Shown here: positions 1 to 13,368 of the stretch, piece by piece
Layout: each line of letters opens with the position of its first letter
How positions within the stretch are numbered: the stretch's first letter is position 1
Source of the DNA: the human T2T-CHM13v2.0 reference genome, Homo sapiens
Length of the DNA: 64,000 nucleotides
Reading direction: 5' to 3' (one strand)
Assembly: GCF_009914755.1 (NCBI RefSeq)
Contig: NC_060927.1
The notes under the pieces: generated by a model
Told to the model about the DNA's origin: nothing
Databases searched by the model: none
The model's input: the letters and a program-made list of their open reading frames with translations, nothing else
Program-made: the position numbers and the translations under genes

Positions 1-228
1 TAGATGGCCACTGTCTCCCTATGTCTTTACAACATCCTCCCTCTGTCTGTGTCCAAATTTCCTCTTTATATAAAGATAATAGTCATATTGATTTAGACCC
101 ACTCTGTTGGCCTCTTTTTAACCTTTGTGAAGACCCCATCTCCAAATACAGTCACATTCTGAAGTATTGGGGGTTAAGATTTCAACATATGAATTTTGGG
201 GGATGAGACTCAGTTCAGCCCGGAACAA
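1..228 (-). mobile_element. MaLR LTR fragment (MLT1-like)
   Basis: Typical MLT1 text: ccatctccaaatacagtcacattctgaagtattgggggttaagatttcaacatatgaattttggggg. Confidence 0.75.
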
Positions 229-498
229 CAGCCATTTCACCATGGCCTTTAATCTCATCTAGTTGAGCAATATTCCTTCTCTGCTATTTTGTCCTTAGGC
301 ATGAAAAATATTCACACAGCTTCATTACAGAAGTGATGAAGGCTGTAATAAATGAGTGATTATTGCACTAGCTGATGTATAATAAACCCCATGCCTGCAG
401 GCCCCTGTTTCTTGCTTCCTTCCAAGGTCATCTTTCTTCCTTCTAAGAACAGATGACCTCACCTTGGATGTTGCTTGTTTTGTTTTGTTTTCCTCCAG

Positions 499-700
499 GG
501 GATGCACCTCCTACCCCACAGCCAAAGTGCGCTGACTTCCAGAGCGCCAACCTTTTTGAAGGCACCGATCTCAAAGTCCAGTTTCTCCTCTTTGTCCCTT
601 CGAATCCTAGCTGTGGGCAGCTAGTAGAAGGAAGCAGTGACCTCCAAAACTCTGGGTTCAATGCCACTCTGGGAACCAAACTAATTATCCATGGATTCAG
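499..700 (+). CDS. PLA1A: PLA1A exon 2 (GDAPPTPQPKCADFQ...LIIHGFR)
   Basis: Acceptor ttttcctccag|GG, donor TTCAG|gtggga; lies inside ORF 453..764; lipase IIHGF motif. Confidence 0.97.
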
Positions 701-1871
701 GTGGGAGTTAAATAACCAACAGGACTTCTCAACTAAGAATGATCAAGTAACCATAATACCATAAGAAGTTAGTGGGCAACAAGGGGAGGAATGAATTTAC
801 CAATGGCCACATGTTCCATCCCTCATATCCTGCTGTCTTTGATGGGGTCTCATGTCAACATGCACACATGGTGTTCATTCTTATTGGTCATATATGTTAC
901 TTCTCCACCCAGTCTTGTCTACACACTCACGAACAGTACATGTCTGTGACTGGACAAATCTCCGTACACAGAACCTTTATTACCCAGGATTGTATTTCCC
1001 TTCTTCACTTCTTCCTTGGTTTTATGACCTAAGAAACTTCCATTTATGGGTGCTACTTCCGTCATACCCAGAGGTTATGGGTGTGATGGAGCTATGCACG
1101 TCTCTTCTTCAATTTCTCTGATACTCTCCAGTCCACAATTTGTTGTAATATATAGTCACTGAGTCTCAATTCCAATCACCATCCTTTCTTTGAACAGCTT
1201 TTCTCCAAAGCCCATCTATAGGGCTAGAAACAGAGAAAGGTTTCTGGGAGGAAAGAGGGAGAGAATATGGTAAAGTAATAGCACTATGGAGCAAGTAGAG
1301 TTGGGGCACCCAATGAAAAGGTAGACACAAAGGCTGTGCACAAAGGACCACCATTTCCTGATCTCTGGCCTGTCTCCGCCTCTCAGGTCCCTGGACTCCA
1401 GAGACTCAGCTACATGTTTCCTTAGGCATCTCTCCTTGCTCTTGTGCCAAACCCTCTCCTCTAGCACATCTCATATTCCACCACTTTCCAAGGCTGAGTG
1501 TGTACCTCCAACCCAGGGGTAGCTAATAGAGGTGGAGAGCTCATCAGGCAAGGCACTCTGTCTGCTCTTAAATCCCACAACCCCATTCCCTGGCACACAC
1601 CCAGTCCGCGCTCCTCTGTCCACACGAGTGTGCTCTCTTTGCTTCTATACTGGGAGTCATCAAAAAACTTATTTCCTGATCCCAATCTGTTGGGAAAGAT
1701 TTCTAAACATTTTTCTATCATTTTCCTTTTCCTGGAAAAGTCCCACTATACAGTAAGTTCCAGAAGGACAGGGACTATATCTTATTTGTCTTTATTTTTT
1801 GGAAAGCACCTAGCATACTGCCTGGCCCATAGGTACTCAATAAATGCTTGCTGAATAAATCAGTGGGTGAA

Positions 1872-1924
1872 TGAGAGAAAGAAAGGGAGAAGGAAGGAAA
1901 AAGAAAGAGAAAGGAAGAAAGGAA

Positions 1925-1958
<34 letters not shown>

Positions 1959-1967
1959 AAGAAAGAG

Positions 1968-2013
<46 letters not shown>

Positions 2014-2022
2014 TAAAAGAAA
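1872..2022 (+). repeat. (GAAA)n purine microsatellite
   Basis: Long GAAA/GAGA run visible directly. Confidence 0.95.
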
Positions 2023-2486
2023 ATGTCCACAAAGAAAGAGCCTATATTTTAGAATGAGAATTAAGATCGCAAATCTTAACTCTAGGGCATAACTCTAGGG
2101 CATATTTCTTTTCCACAAATAACACAAATGGAGCAATGCAATGTATACAGTTTATGTGGTTTATGCCTTGTGCAAAGGTGCCTGACAAAAGGCTGATGAG
2201 GCTGACATCCAAGCTAAGTTCTGAACCCTAGCATGAGGCTGCATCTGCCTGGAACAAAAGGCAAAGTTTTATAATTTACACAAAGACTGCATATGTGCTG
2301 GCGGAAGGGCTGGCAACTTTGGAATTGTGTCCTCCCTATGCTCCAAGTACTGTGTAATAAACTCCTCATATGAGCCCTTCTCTAGTTTTGATTTCTTTTC
2401 TGGGTTTGAGATTAATAGAGGTTTCCATGACAATGAATATCCACTTGGCAGGTAATTTTTCCATTCTTTTTTGGCCCCCTGTCTAG

Positions 2487-2664
2487 GGTTTTAGGAACAA
2501 AGCCTTCCTGGATTGACACATTTATTAGAACCCTTCTGCGTGCAACGAATGCTAATGTGATTGCCGTGGACTGGATTTATGGGTCTACAGGAGTCTACTT
2601 CTCAGCTGTGAAAAATGTGATTAAGTTGAGCCTCGAGATCTCCCTTTTCCTCAATAAACTCCTG
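2487..2664 (+). CDS. PLA1A: PLA1A exon 3 (VLGTKPSWIDTFIRTLLRATNANVIAVDWIYG...NKLL)
   Basis: Acceptor gtctag|GGTT, donor CTG|gtaggt; NVIAVDW lipase motif read directly. Confidence 0.96.
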
Positions 2665-3184
2665 GTAGGTGCAGAAGAGCTTAGGGTGAGTTTGGGCTGC
2701 GTATGAGGAGAGAGGGTCAGAAAGACAAAAGCACTGCCTGAGGAGGCTTAGGGTGGAAGCAGAGTCACCAGGTAGCTCGGTGGTCTTGGGTTCAAATCTT
2801 GACTTTGCCACTCACAGCACTGACCTCGGGCAGCTTATTGAATATTCTGAGCTTCCCACTGCTCCTCTGTAAAATGTGTCGTGGCACTTTAGACAGCGAA
2901 TGCAGATGGCCTGGCACTTAGTTGTCCCTCAAGAGAGAATGGCCATGGTCGTTACTCACATACTTTGGGCACCAAAAGGAGAGTAAGGGGGTTGTCAGGG
3001 TGGGGAGCCCAGGAAGAGAAAAAGTGATTAACAATGAGAGTGCTGTCCTTTTTCCCTCCAAAGTAAGTGTGGTGGGTGTGTCATGCCCAGGGCCTCGGCT
3101 TCTGAAGCTTTGGGGGAAAGCCTGCCACTGTGAAGCCAGCAGACTCTGTGGCCCACGGGGAACTCACTGTTCCTGCTCTTCTAG

Positions 3185-3293
3185 GTGCTGGGTGTGTCGG
3201 AATCCTCAATCCACATCATTGGTGTTAGCCTGGGGGCCCACGTTGGGGGCATGGTGGGACAGCTCTTCGGAGGCCAGCTGGGACAGATCACAG
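3185..3293 (+). CDS. PLA1A: PLA1A exon 4 with nucleophile elbow GVSLG (catalytic Ser166, AGC 3227-3229)
   Basis: Acceptor cttctag|GTG, donor ACAG|gtaaca; translates [36 protein letters not shown]. Confidence 0.97.
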
Positions 3294-3514
3294 GTAACAT
3301 TCCTCCCTGCCCATCCTCCAGGCTTTAGAGATAGAGAAAGCTTGCCCTGAAAATATCTCTTCTAAAGCAAGCAGAGGGGAGTACAGAGCCTTTGTTCTCA
3401 CGATCAAGTCACCTATTACCACTAAAATTTATTTATTGTGGTTCTTTTGCATAAAATGGTATTGTGTTATTATTGCATGATTTCTAATATCAATGTGAGA
3501 GGCCATGTATTTCT

Positions 3515-5595
3515 TCTTTTACTTTTTATTTTTAAGTTTCTTATTTAAAAAAACTTTTAGATTCAGGATTTACGTGTGCAGGTTTATTACATGGGTGTAG
3601 CATGTGATGCTGAGGTTCAGGTTTCTAATGATCTCATTGCCCAAGTAGCAATCAGTACTTGATAGGTAGTTTTGCAACCCTTGTCCCTTGCTTTTCCTCC
3701 CCCTTTTGAAATCCCCAGTGTCAATTGTTCCCATCTTTGTGTCCATGTGCACCCAATGTTTAGCTCCCACTTATAAGTGAAAACATGCGGTATTTGGTTT
3801 TTTGTTTCTGCATTAATTGGCTTAGGAAAATCACCTCCAGCTACATTCATGTTGCTGCAGAGAACATAATTTCATTCTTTTTTATAGCTGTGTAGAATTC
3901 CATAGGGTATATGTACCACAGTTTCTTTATCCAGTCTACCATTGGTTGGCACCTGGGTTGATTCCAAGTCTTTGCTATTGTGAATAGTGTTGCAATGAAT
4001 ATACTAGTGCAGGTATCCTTTTGGTAGAAGAATTTCTTTTCCTTTGGGTATATATCTAGTAATGGGATTGCTGAGTCAAGTGGTGATTTTATTTTTAGTT
4101 CTTTGAGGAATCTTCAGATCGCTTTCCATAGTGGCTGAACTTATTTACATTCCCACCAACAGTGTATAAGTATTCCCTTTTCTCTGCAGCCTTGCCAACA
4201 TCTATTTATTTATTTTTCACTTTTTTATAATAGCAATTCTGAGTGGTGTGAGATGGTATATCATGGTGTGATGATTAGTGATGTTGAGCATTTTTTCAAA
4301 TGTTTGTTAGCCACTTGTATGTCTTCTTTCAAGAAGTCTCTTTTCATGTCCTTCACCCTCATTTTAATGGGGTTATTTGTTTTTTTCTTGTTGATTTGTT
4401 CAAGTTCCTTATAGATTCTGGATATTAGTCCTTTGTCAGATGCATAGTTTGTGAATATTTTCCCCCATTCTGTAGGTTGTCTGTTTACTCCATTGGTTGT
4501 TTCTTTTGCTGTACAGAAGGTCTTTAGTTTAATTAAGTCTCACTTGTCAATTTTTGTTTTTGTTTCATTTGCTTTTGAGGACTTGGTCATAAATGCTTTG
4601 CCTAGGCTAATATTCAGGAGAGTATTTCCCAGATTTTCTTCTAGGATTTTTACAGTTCGAGGTCTTACATTTAAGTCTTTAGTCCTTCTTGAGTAATTTT
4701 TGTATATGGTGAGAGGTAGGGGTCCAGTTTCATTCTCTTGCATATGGTCAGCCAGTTTTCCCACACCATTTATCGAATAGGGTATCTTTTCCTCTAAAAA
4801 AAGTGTTAATTTTTGTCAACTTTGTCAAAGGTCTGACGGCTGTAGGAGTGCTTCTTTATTTCAGGGGTCCCTATTCTGTTCCATTGGCCTATGTATCTAT
4901 TTTTGTACCAGTACCATACTGTTTTGGTTACTGTAGGCTTGTAGTATAGTTTGAAATTGGGTAGTGTGATATGCCCAGCTTTATTCTTTTTGCTTAGGAT
5001 TACCTTGGCTATTTGGGTTCTTTTTTTGTGCCATATGAATTTTAGAATAGATTTTTATAATTCTGTGAAAAATGACATTGGTAATTTGGTAGGGATAGCA
5101 CTGAATCTGTAGATTGCTTTGGGCAAAATGGATATTTTAATGATATTTATTCTTCTAACCCTGCATAGAATACTGAATACTTTGGCAAATACTATGCAAA
5201 AAGCATAGAATACCTTTCCATTTGTTTGTGTCACCTATGATTTTTTTTTTAGCAGGGTTTTAGAGTTATCCTTGTACAGATCTTTTGCTGTTTTGGTTAG
5301 GTGTGTTCCTAGGTACTTTATTTTTGTGTGTGACTATCATAAATGAGATTGCATTCCTGATTTGGCTCTCAGCTTGAATGTTATTGGTACATAGAAATGC
5401 AACTGACTTTTGTACATTGATTTTGTGTCCTGAGACTTTGCTGGAGTTGTTTATCAGGTCTAGAAGTCTTTGGTCAAACCTTTAGGGTGCTCTAGAATCA
5501 TATCATTGATGAAGAGAGACAATTTGACTTCCGCTTTTCCTATTTAGATGCCTTTTATTTCTTTCTCTTGCCTGATTGCTCTGGCAAGCACTTCC
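3515..5595 (-). mobile_element. 5'-truncated LINE-1 (old L1PA/L1PB type), antisense in PLA1A intron 4
   Basis: L1 3'UTR text and ORF2 remnant [33 protein letters not shown] (ORF 4540..4764). Confidence 0.92.
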
Positions 5596-6158
5596 CCTTT
5601 TATTTCTTTCTCAGCCTCACTTTCTACATCTGTAAAATGGTTGTAACAGCCCACATCTCCTTGGCCCACTGTGGAAATAAACTTTAGACAGTTTTGTTAT
5701 ATACATGTAAAAGTGTGGAGGACTTTATGCTTCCAGAGCCACTCTCAGTTAATAAGGGACTGGAGTTGTGTAGCAAAAACCCTCAGCTTCCTAGCCTTTT
5801 GGTGGGATAATTTTGGGTCTTGTTTTACAGAATCTCAAAGAGGTGCCCCATTGGGGTGAGAGCCCATGGGGATAACCTACTCACTACTATTTTCCTTTAT
5901 TCTCTGACCTATTTTCCTACTCCCTCACCATGCTTTCTGAGACTTTTTCCCAAATCTACTTTGAACTCTTGTGGCAGGGTCTGCTTTTTGTAGGGGGAAG
6001 GGAAGGGATCCAAACTGAGAGATGGGAATAGTAGTATTCACAGTAATCACTGTGTTATGATGAGGACTAGAGTGTGTAAAACTGCCCGGCATAAGGCCTG
6101 GTACATAGTAACTGCTCGAAGAAATTTAGCTATTGTTATTACTACATGAAGGTAGTAA

Positions 6159-6504
<346 letters not shown>

Positions 6505-6733
6505 TCAAGCTCATCTTAGAGCCAGAGAAACTGGGTCATTGAGAGGTTACCTCTAGAGAGACAACAGAGAGTGGGGTTTCCTGAGGAAGGTGGTCCTCAG
6601 CTAATTCTCCCAACCCTTGGGTCTTTTCTGGGAGGGTCTATGATCTGCACTGGAAGGGTGGGTGTGTGGTGGGTCCATGAATGTTCCTGCAGCTGAGAGG
6701 AAAGAGGTCCCTCATATCAGTCTCTTCTCACAG

Positions 6734-6835
6734 GCCTGGACCCCGCTGGACCTGAGTACACCAGGGCCAGTGTGGAAGAGCGCTTGGATGCTGGAGATGC
6801 CCTCTTCGTGGAAGCCATCCACACAGACACCGACA
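6734..6835 (+). CDS. PLA1A: PLA1A exon 5 with GLDPAGP (catalytic Asp190, GAC 6739-6741)
   Basis: Acceptor ctcacag|GC, donor GACA|gtgagc; translates [33 protein letters not shown]. Confidence 0.97.
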
Positions 6836-7328
6836 GTGAGCTGGGGTGACCTTCCTGGGATGAGGGAATGAGCTCAAGGCAGCGCCTAGGAGGCTGGCAT
6901 CTAGCTCTGTGGCCCTGGGCAGAGATGCCCTGACCCTCTCTGAGCTTCTGTTGCACAGTGAAGAGTTTACCAAAATGCTATTGAAAGTCTCTTCCAGCTC
7001 TGTCTCTGACCACTGAGGTGAATGGTTGTATTTTTAGCTACTGTAGGCAAGAGGATTCTCATTTATAGACCAAAAGTATTTGGTTATGAGCCTCACTTTC
7101 TGATTCAAATGAATGCAGTAATAACAGTGTGCTGAGCAGTACTGGGTAGGGCATTGCTGCCTGGCTGACTTACGGGAAAGTCATGAAGATTTTTTAGGAT
7201 GGGTGTGCCTGGTCCCAAGGTACTGGGCCATTCCACTCCCCAGGCAGGCAGGCCTGTCACAACTTCCCTCCTCCCCAGATGACAAGCTTGGCCCTTCAGT
7301 CCAGTGGAGAATAAGAATCTCTCTTCCG

Positions 7329-7626
7329 GGCCGGGCACGGTGGCTCACGCCAGTAATCCCAGCACTCTGGGAGGCCAAGGCAGGTGGATCAGGAGGTCAG
7401 GAGATCGAGACCATCCTGGCTAACACGGTGAAACCCCGTCTCTACTAAAAATACAAAAAATTAGCCGGGCGTGGTGGCGGGCGCCTGTAGTCCCAGCTAC
7501 TCTGGAGGCTGAGGCAAGAGAATGGCGTGAACCCGGGAGGCAGAGTTTGCAGGGAGCCGACATCGCGCTACTGCACGCCAGCCTGAGCGACAGAGCGAGA
7601 CTCTGTCTCCAAAAAAAAGAAAAAAA
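7329..7626 (+). mobile_element. Alu (AluY-like)
   Basis: GGCCGGGC...A-tail; TSD aagaatc..tt cc-like. Confidence 0.95.
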
Positions 7627-8038
7627 GAATCCCTTTTCCAATAGTGACAGGCACAGGAAAGACTCCCCATCTCTCAACCCGTTATGACCAAATTAAGTCC
7701 TTCTGACCAGTTGGGAAAGGCGGGGGCATTCCTCTTCATGTCTGCTCCACGGCAAATGCCTGTGGGGTCTGTGCTTAGTGTGGTGGGTGCAGGGAGAAAT
7801 AACATCTGTCCCTGACCAGACAAGCTTGCAGCTCAAGTTAGAGATGTCCACATCTCATTTCCTGTGGTCAGAAGCCTCTTTTTAGCATTTAAGACTCATG
7901 ATTCTGAAAGAAACACATGCAGTTGTATTGTCCAACCCTTCTTCCCACCTTTATTTCACAGATAGGAAACCAAAGCCCACAGGCCTCTTCCTAGCTATGT
8001 TAGGTGAGTTAAGCTTGTTCATTTAAAAAGTGAATCCT

Positions 8039-8403
<365 letters not shown>

Positions 8404-9214
8404 CTAAGCAAGGCCTCTCAGGCCCCTTCAAAGTTGGAGCCTCTCCCTGATGTGACTTAAAAAAAAAAACATTCTATTTATTCAATCAATATTTATTAAG
8501 CTACGTGGCAGGTACTGAGAATATGGCAGCAATCAACACATTGAATGAGGTCCCTGCCTACATGGAGCTTACAGGCTACGTGGACTGTAGGAGTCATGAA
8601 GGGAAGCCCGGATGCCCATTAGAGAGTGTCTGCAGTAGGGGTCCGGGTGAGAGATGATGGTGGCTTGGGCAAAGGTGGTGGCAGTAAAGACAGAGAGAAG
8701 TAGACAGATTCAAAATATGTTTTGGAGGTAGAGCTGACTAGACTCATGATGGGCTGCATGTGGGGTATGAGGGAAAGGCAAGACTCAAGGATGGCTTATA
8801 GGTCATTGCTTAACCTCCAGGTCGATGGCAGTAAGCAAATAATACACAATCAATTTCTTCCAATACTGACAGATGACAGAAGGAGAAAGTCGGGGTCTTC
8901 AGCAGCTGGGCCTGAGCCAGTCTGAGGGCTCAAGTCTGCCACAGCAGAGGGTCCAGGAATTGGTCACAGGGACAGAAAGAGGGCAGAGGATGCTCTCTTA
9001 TCTCCGCTCTGGAGCCATGTTCTATTTCCACTCAGTCAGGAGAGCACAAAAGATATGTTTTTGGGGAGACTGTGGAAATGTGACCCCATACACATTTATC
9101 TGAACTATTACTCAAAGGAAAACCAAAACTACTCAATGAGGAAACTTACCAAGTTTATAACATTTACTGAGTTACAAAAACTTGTGTTACAGGATATTGT
9201 TCTTGATTTTCTTA

Positions 9215-9817
<603 letters not shown>

Positions 9818-11176
9818 GTCAGAAAGCCAGTACAATCTGGTATTTGGCAACCCCGGAGATTGAAATTCACCAACAGCTTTTGTGTTGAGTCAGCCAGAGT
9901 GGGCCATAGAGGGTCTACTTGACAGTGTCCTTTGCTATGTCCCATAACGCTTTACTCAGAATGTATTCAAGGATGGATGTCTTCAGAGCCCAGGCATTTG
10001 AGGGGAGGGTGTGGCACAGTCCACACCAACTGCATCCTCTACAGAGCCTTGCTGTGGCAGAGGCAAGCCATTGTGCCCAAAGCTGGTGAGCAGAAGGATC
10101 AATTCACTGCCCAGCCATTTCACCATATTTACCAACTCAAACAGTCCTCTAAAATTGTTTTCAAGATGATCTTTTTGAACACATTCAATGACTGTACATT
10201 TCCTCTCTTTAAATACAGCCTTCTGGAATTTTTAAAAATATATTTATTGATATATTCTTAGCAGACTAAATTTGTCAAAATCTAAGGTCAATAATTATTT
10301 GGTTTTCTTATATCTTATGAATATAGCCAATATATCAGAATTTCATATAAAAATTTAAAATGCTGATTTCTGTTTACTATGTTTTTAGTCTTTTCTTGCT
10401 TTACCAAATTTCTAACATTTTAAGGATTCCTTTGACAATCTTATTGAATAACTACTGATCTATTTTACCAAATTTACTAGTTTTCCAAAAACATGCTTCT
10501 TTTCGCAATTTGCGAATTTCTCAGCAATTCTGATAAAATAGGATAGTTTGGTTTCAATGGCTTTTGAAGATTTGGTGGCATTTCAATTGACCACTTTTCA
10601 TTTTTTCTTCATAACACAACTTGAGAAGGGTTTAGTTTGTCTCTGCCCCAGCTCCCTGTTGCAACTGGAGAGAGCTTGGCCATACAGAGTGTCCCAACCA
10701 CAGGGGAAAGGAAAGTCAAAATATTGCTTGGCCTTGGTTGCAGGTCTCAGCAACGAGGTCTCAAGGTGCAGGGAGAGTTTAAAGACCCCAGGACCCTGGA
10801 GTTGTATACAGCTCACCACATACTTCTTAGTTCCAGCCAATTTATCCAATGTTGAATGCTGCAAACTTAAATAGTAAATAACAGTGAAATAAGTTTTGGT
10901 AAACTGGGATATTTGACAAATTCGGCATATCAGTCATTTGGCCCGGTGAGCCTCAGCACATTGGGTGTAGAGAGTGACCACAAACGGCGGCTGATGCAGC
11001 AGTCTCACTGCTGGGTAGGGTATAATGAGGTTGTAAAAAATTGGTTGTATGGCTGATGATAATGGAGGTAAAAATATGCACAAATACCCATTTTGAGAAA
11101 TGGGGCAGCATCATCAACTCTCTATATATTCCCATTTTATGAAGGAGAGTTTGCATGATCATATAATCCATCTCAA

Positions 11177-11493
<317 letters not shown>

Positions 11494-11734
11494 AATGCAT
11501 CTCAAATCAAGCAATTTTCTTGATGGATTATGCTTATGTATCTCAGGAAAAGTAAAATGAAAAAAGTAGAATGTAGTAACCATGTACACTAATATTCTGA
11601 AAAAGTGATTTGAGGGGACTCCCATGCATGTATTTACAGCTTGCTGGAATATAAAATTCAATAGAGTTTCACTAAACAGCATAGATTTCCATTTGTCTTG
11701 ACTGAAACCTTGGTTGTGTTTTTTCTCTGTTCAG

Positions 11735-11902
11735 GTTATAGTTATCTGATCTGTGATCACATGAGGGCTGTGCACCTCTACATCAGCGCCCTGGAGAATT
11801 CCTGTCCACTGATGGCCTTTCCCTGTGCCAGCTACAAGGCCTTCCTTGCTGGACGCTGTCTGGATTGCTTTAACCCTTTTCTGCTTTCCTGCCCAAGGAT
11901 AG
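11735..11902 (+). CDS. PLA1A: PLA1A exon 7 with catalytic His260 (CAC 11758-11760)
   Basis: Acceptor gttcag|GT, donor ATAG|gtaaag; [15 protein letters not shown]...CPRI in ORF 11698..11922. Confidence 0.97.
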
Positions 11903-13278
11903 GTAAAGTGCTACCCCTTTGACTTCCTTTGACAATGTGGGGAAGTTCAAGCCCTGCTAGTTGTCCCCTCTTAATGTCCTGATGTCCTATGGTCAAGAAT
12001 TCTATCCAATTTGGGAAAAGAAAATTAAGCAATGAGGTGCTCAGCCTGTTCTTACTTGGAGGTGGACGGTTGGTTCTCGTGCCCCACCCCTCACTCTCTA
12101 TAGTGTTCCCTATGGCCATCCTTGCCCCACACACACCCTTCCCACATACAGGTTCCTCCACTCTCAGACCAGATGCTGCCTATAGGTCTTTCTCACTTCT
12201 GGCCATTCTCCAGTTCTTCATAGACCCTAAATCTATGACCCTTCATAGACCCTAAATCTATGGTGGGGAATCCCTAAGAGTGGAACACAAGACCTACATT
12301 ACAGGTCGGATATTCTGGTGGCCTCGTGAGAGCTGGGGGGATGCCTAGTTGCTGGAGGACTTGGGCACCTTCCTGGATGATCCAGGCCAGTCTGGGGAAA
12401 GGATGCCAGGAAGGCTGCAGGATCTGGCCTCTAACTCACTTGTGTAGATCATTGCTATGCATATCCCGTGGTTATCCAGGATGAAGAGCTCCAGGAAAAA
12501 CTCCTGGGCAGTGGAAATGGTTTCTCTCCCTCCCGCACTCTCTCACTTCCCGCTACCCCTGGCTGCCACTCAACTGCAGCAGCCTGTCACTGCTTATATG
12601 AGTGAAATGGGTACCAGCTTGACAAAATAGTAAAGTAGGGTAGCTTCCAATGATAGAACCAGTCATCATTATTTCCTATTCATTGTGCATATGTCAGTTT
12701 CCCCTAGATGCCATGGACCCACAGACATAACAGCCACCTCACACTGTCTGCCCAGCCTCATCTCTCACTACACTTTCTCTTGCACTGAACACCTGGTGGT
12801 GCTAACTACTTGTACTTCCAAGTGTACATCGGGCTTCCTCACCTGTGTGCCTTGGTCCTAACCATACTCTCTTCCCAGAATGCCCTCTCTCCACCTGTCA
12901 TCCACTAGTCTTCAGGTCAAACACTTCCTGCTTCACCATGCTCCCACTGCACGGGATATAAATGTCATGAAAACAACTACTATAGGAGATTGGTTTTGCA
13001 AGTTAGAGACAGATTAGTGTCAGATTTCTTATAATAACCTGCCAAGAATGAGTCAGATGATCTGAAAAGCATATTTCCGTTTATGTGTGTGTTTACTGCC
13101 CACTGGACCGAGTTGCTGGGATCCCAGGACTCACCTTAGAATACAGCACATAGTGCGTGTATGGTGTAGATGTCCGTGGAATAAATGGGTGCATGAATTA
13201 ATAAACACGTGGCTGGGTGCTGTGGGACCCTAAGATAGCCTTCTCAGGACTCTGCTGTCTTTGCTTCTTTATTTCCAG

Positions 13279-13368
13279 GACTGGTGGAACAAGGTGGTGT
13301 CAAGATAGAGCCGCTCCCCAAGGAAGTGAAAGTCTACCTCCTGACTACTTCCAGTGCTCCGTACTGCA
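13279..13368 (+). CDS. PLA1A: PLA1A exon 8 (LVEQGGVKIEPLPKEVKVYLLTTSSAPYC)
   Basis: Acceptor tttccag|GA, donor TGCA|gtgagt; frame continuous with exons 7 and 9. Confidence 0.95.

Noticed and set aside
1775-2092. Hydrophobic FFLS-repeat and K/R/E-rich ORFs (also 15751-15945 and 55742-56073)
   Set aside because: Artefacts of (GAAA)n, (GAA)n and (GGAA)n microsatellites, which lack stop codons.
10170-10930. AT-rich stretch possibly from an old DNA transposon
   Set aside because: Could not identify TIRs, a TSD or a family by eye.
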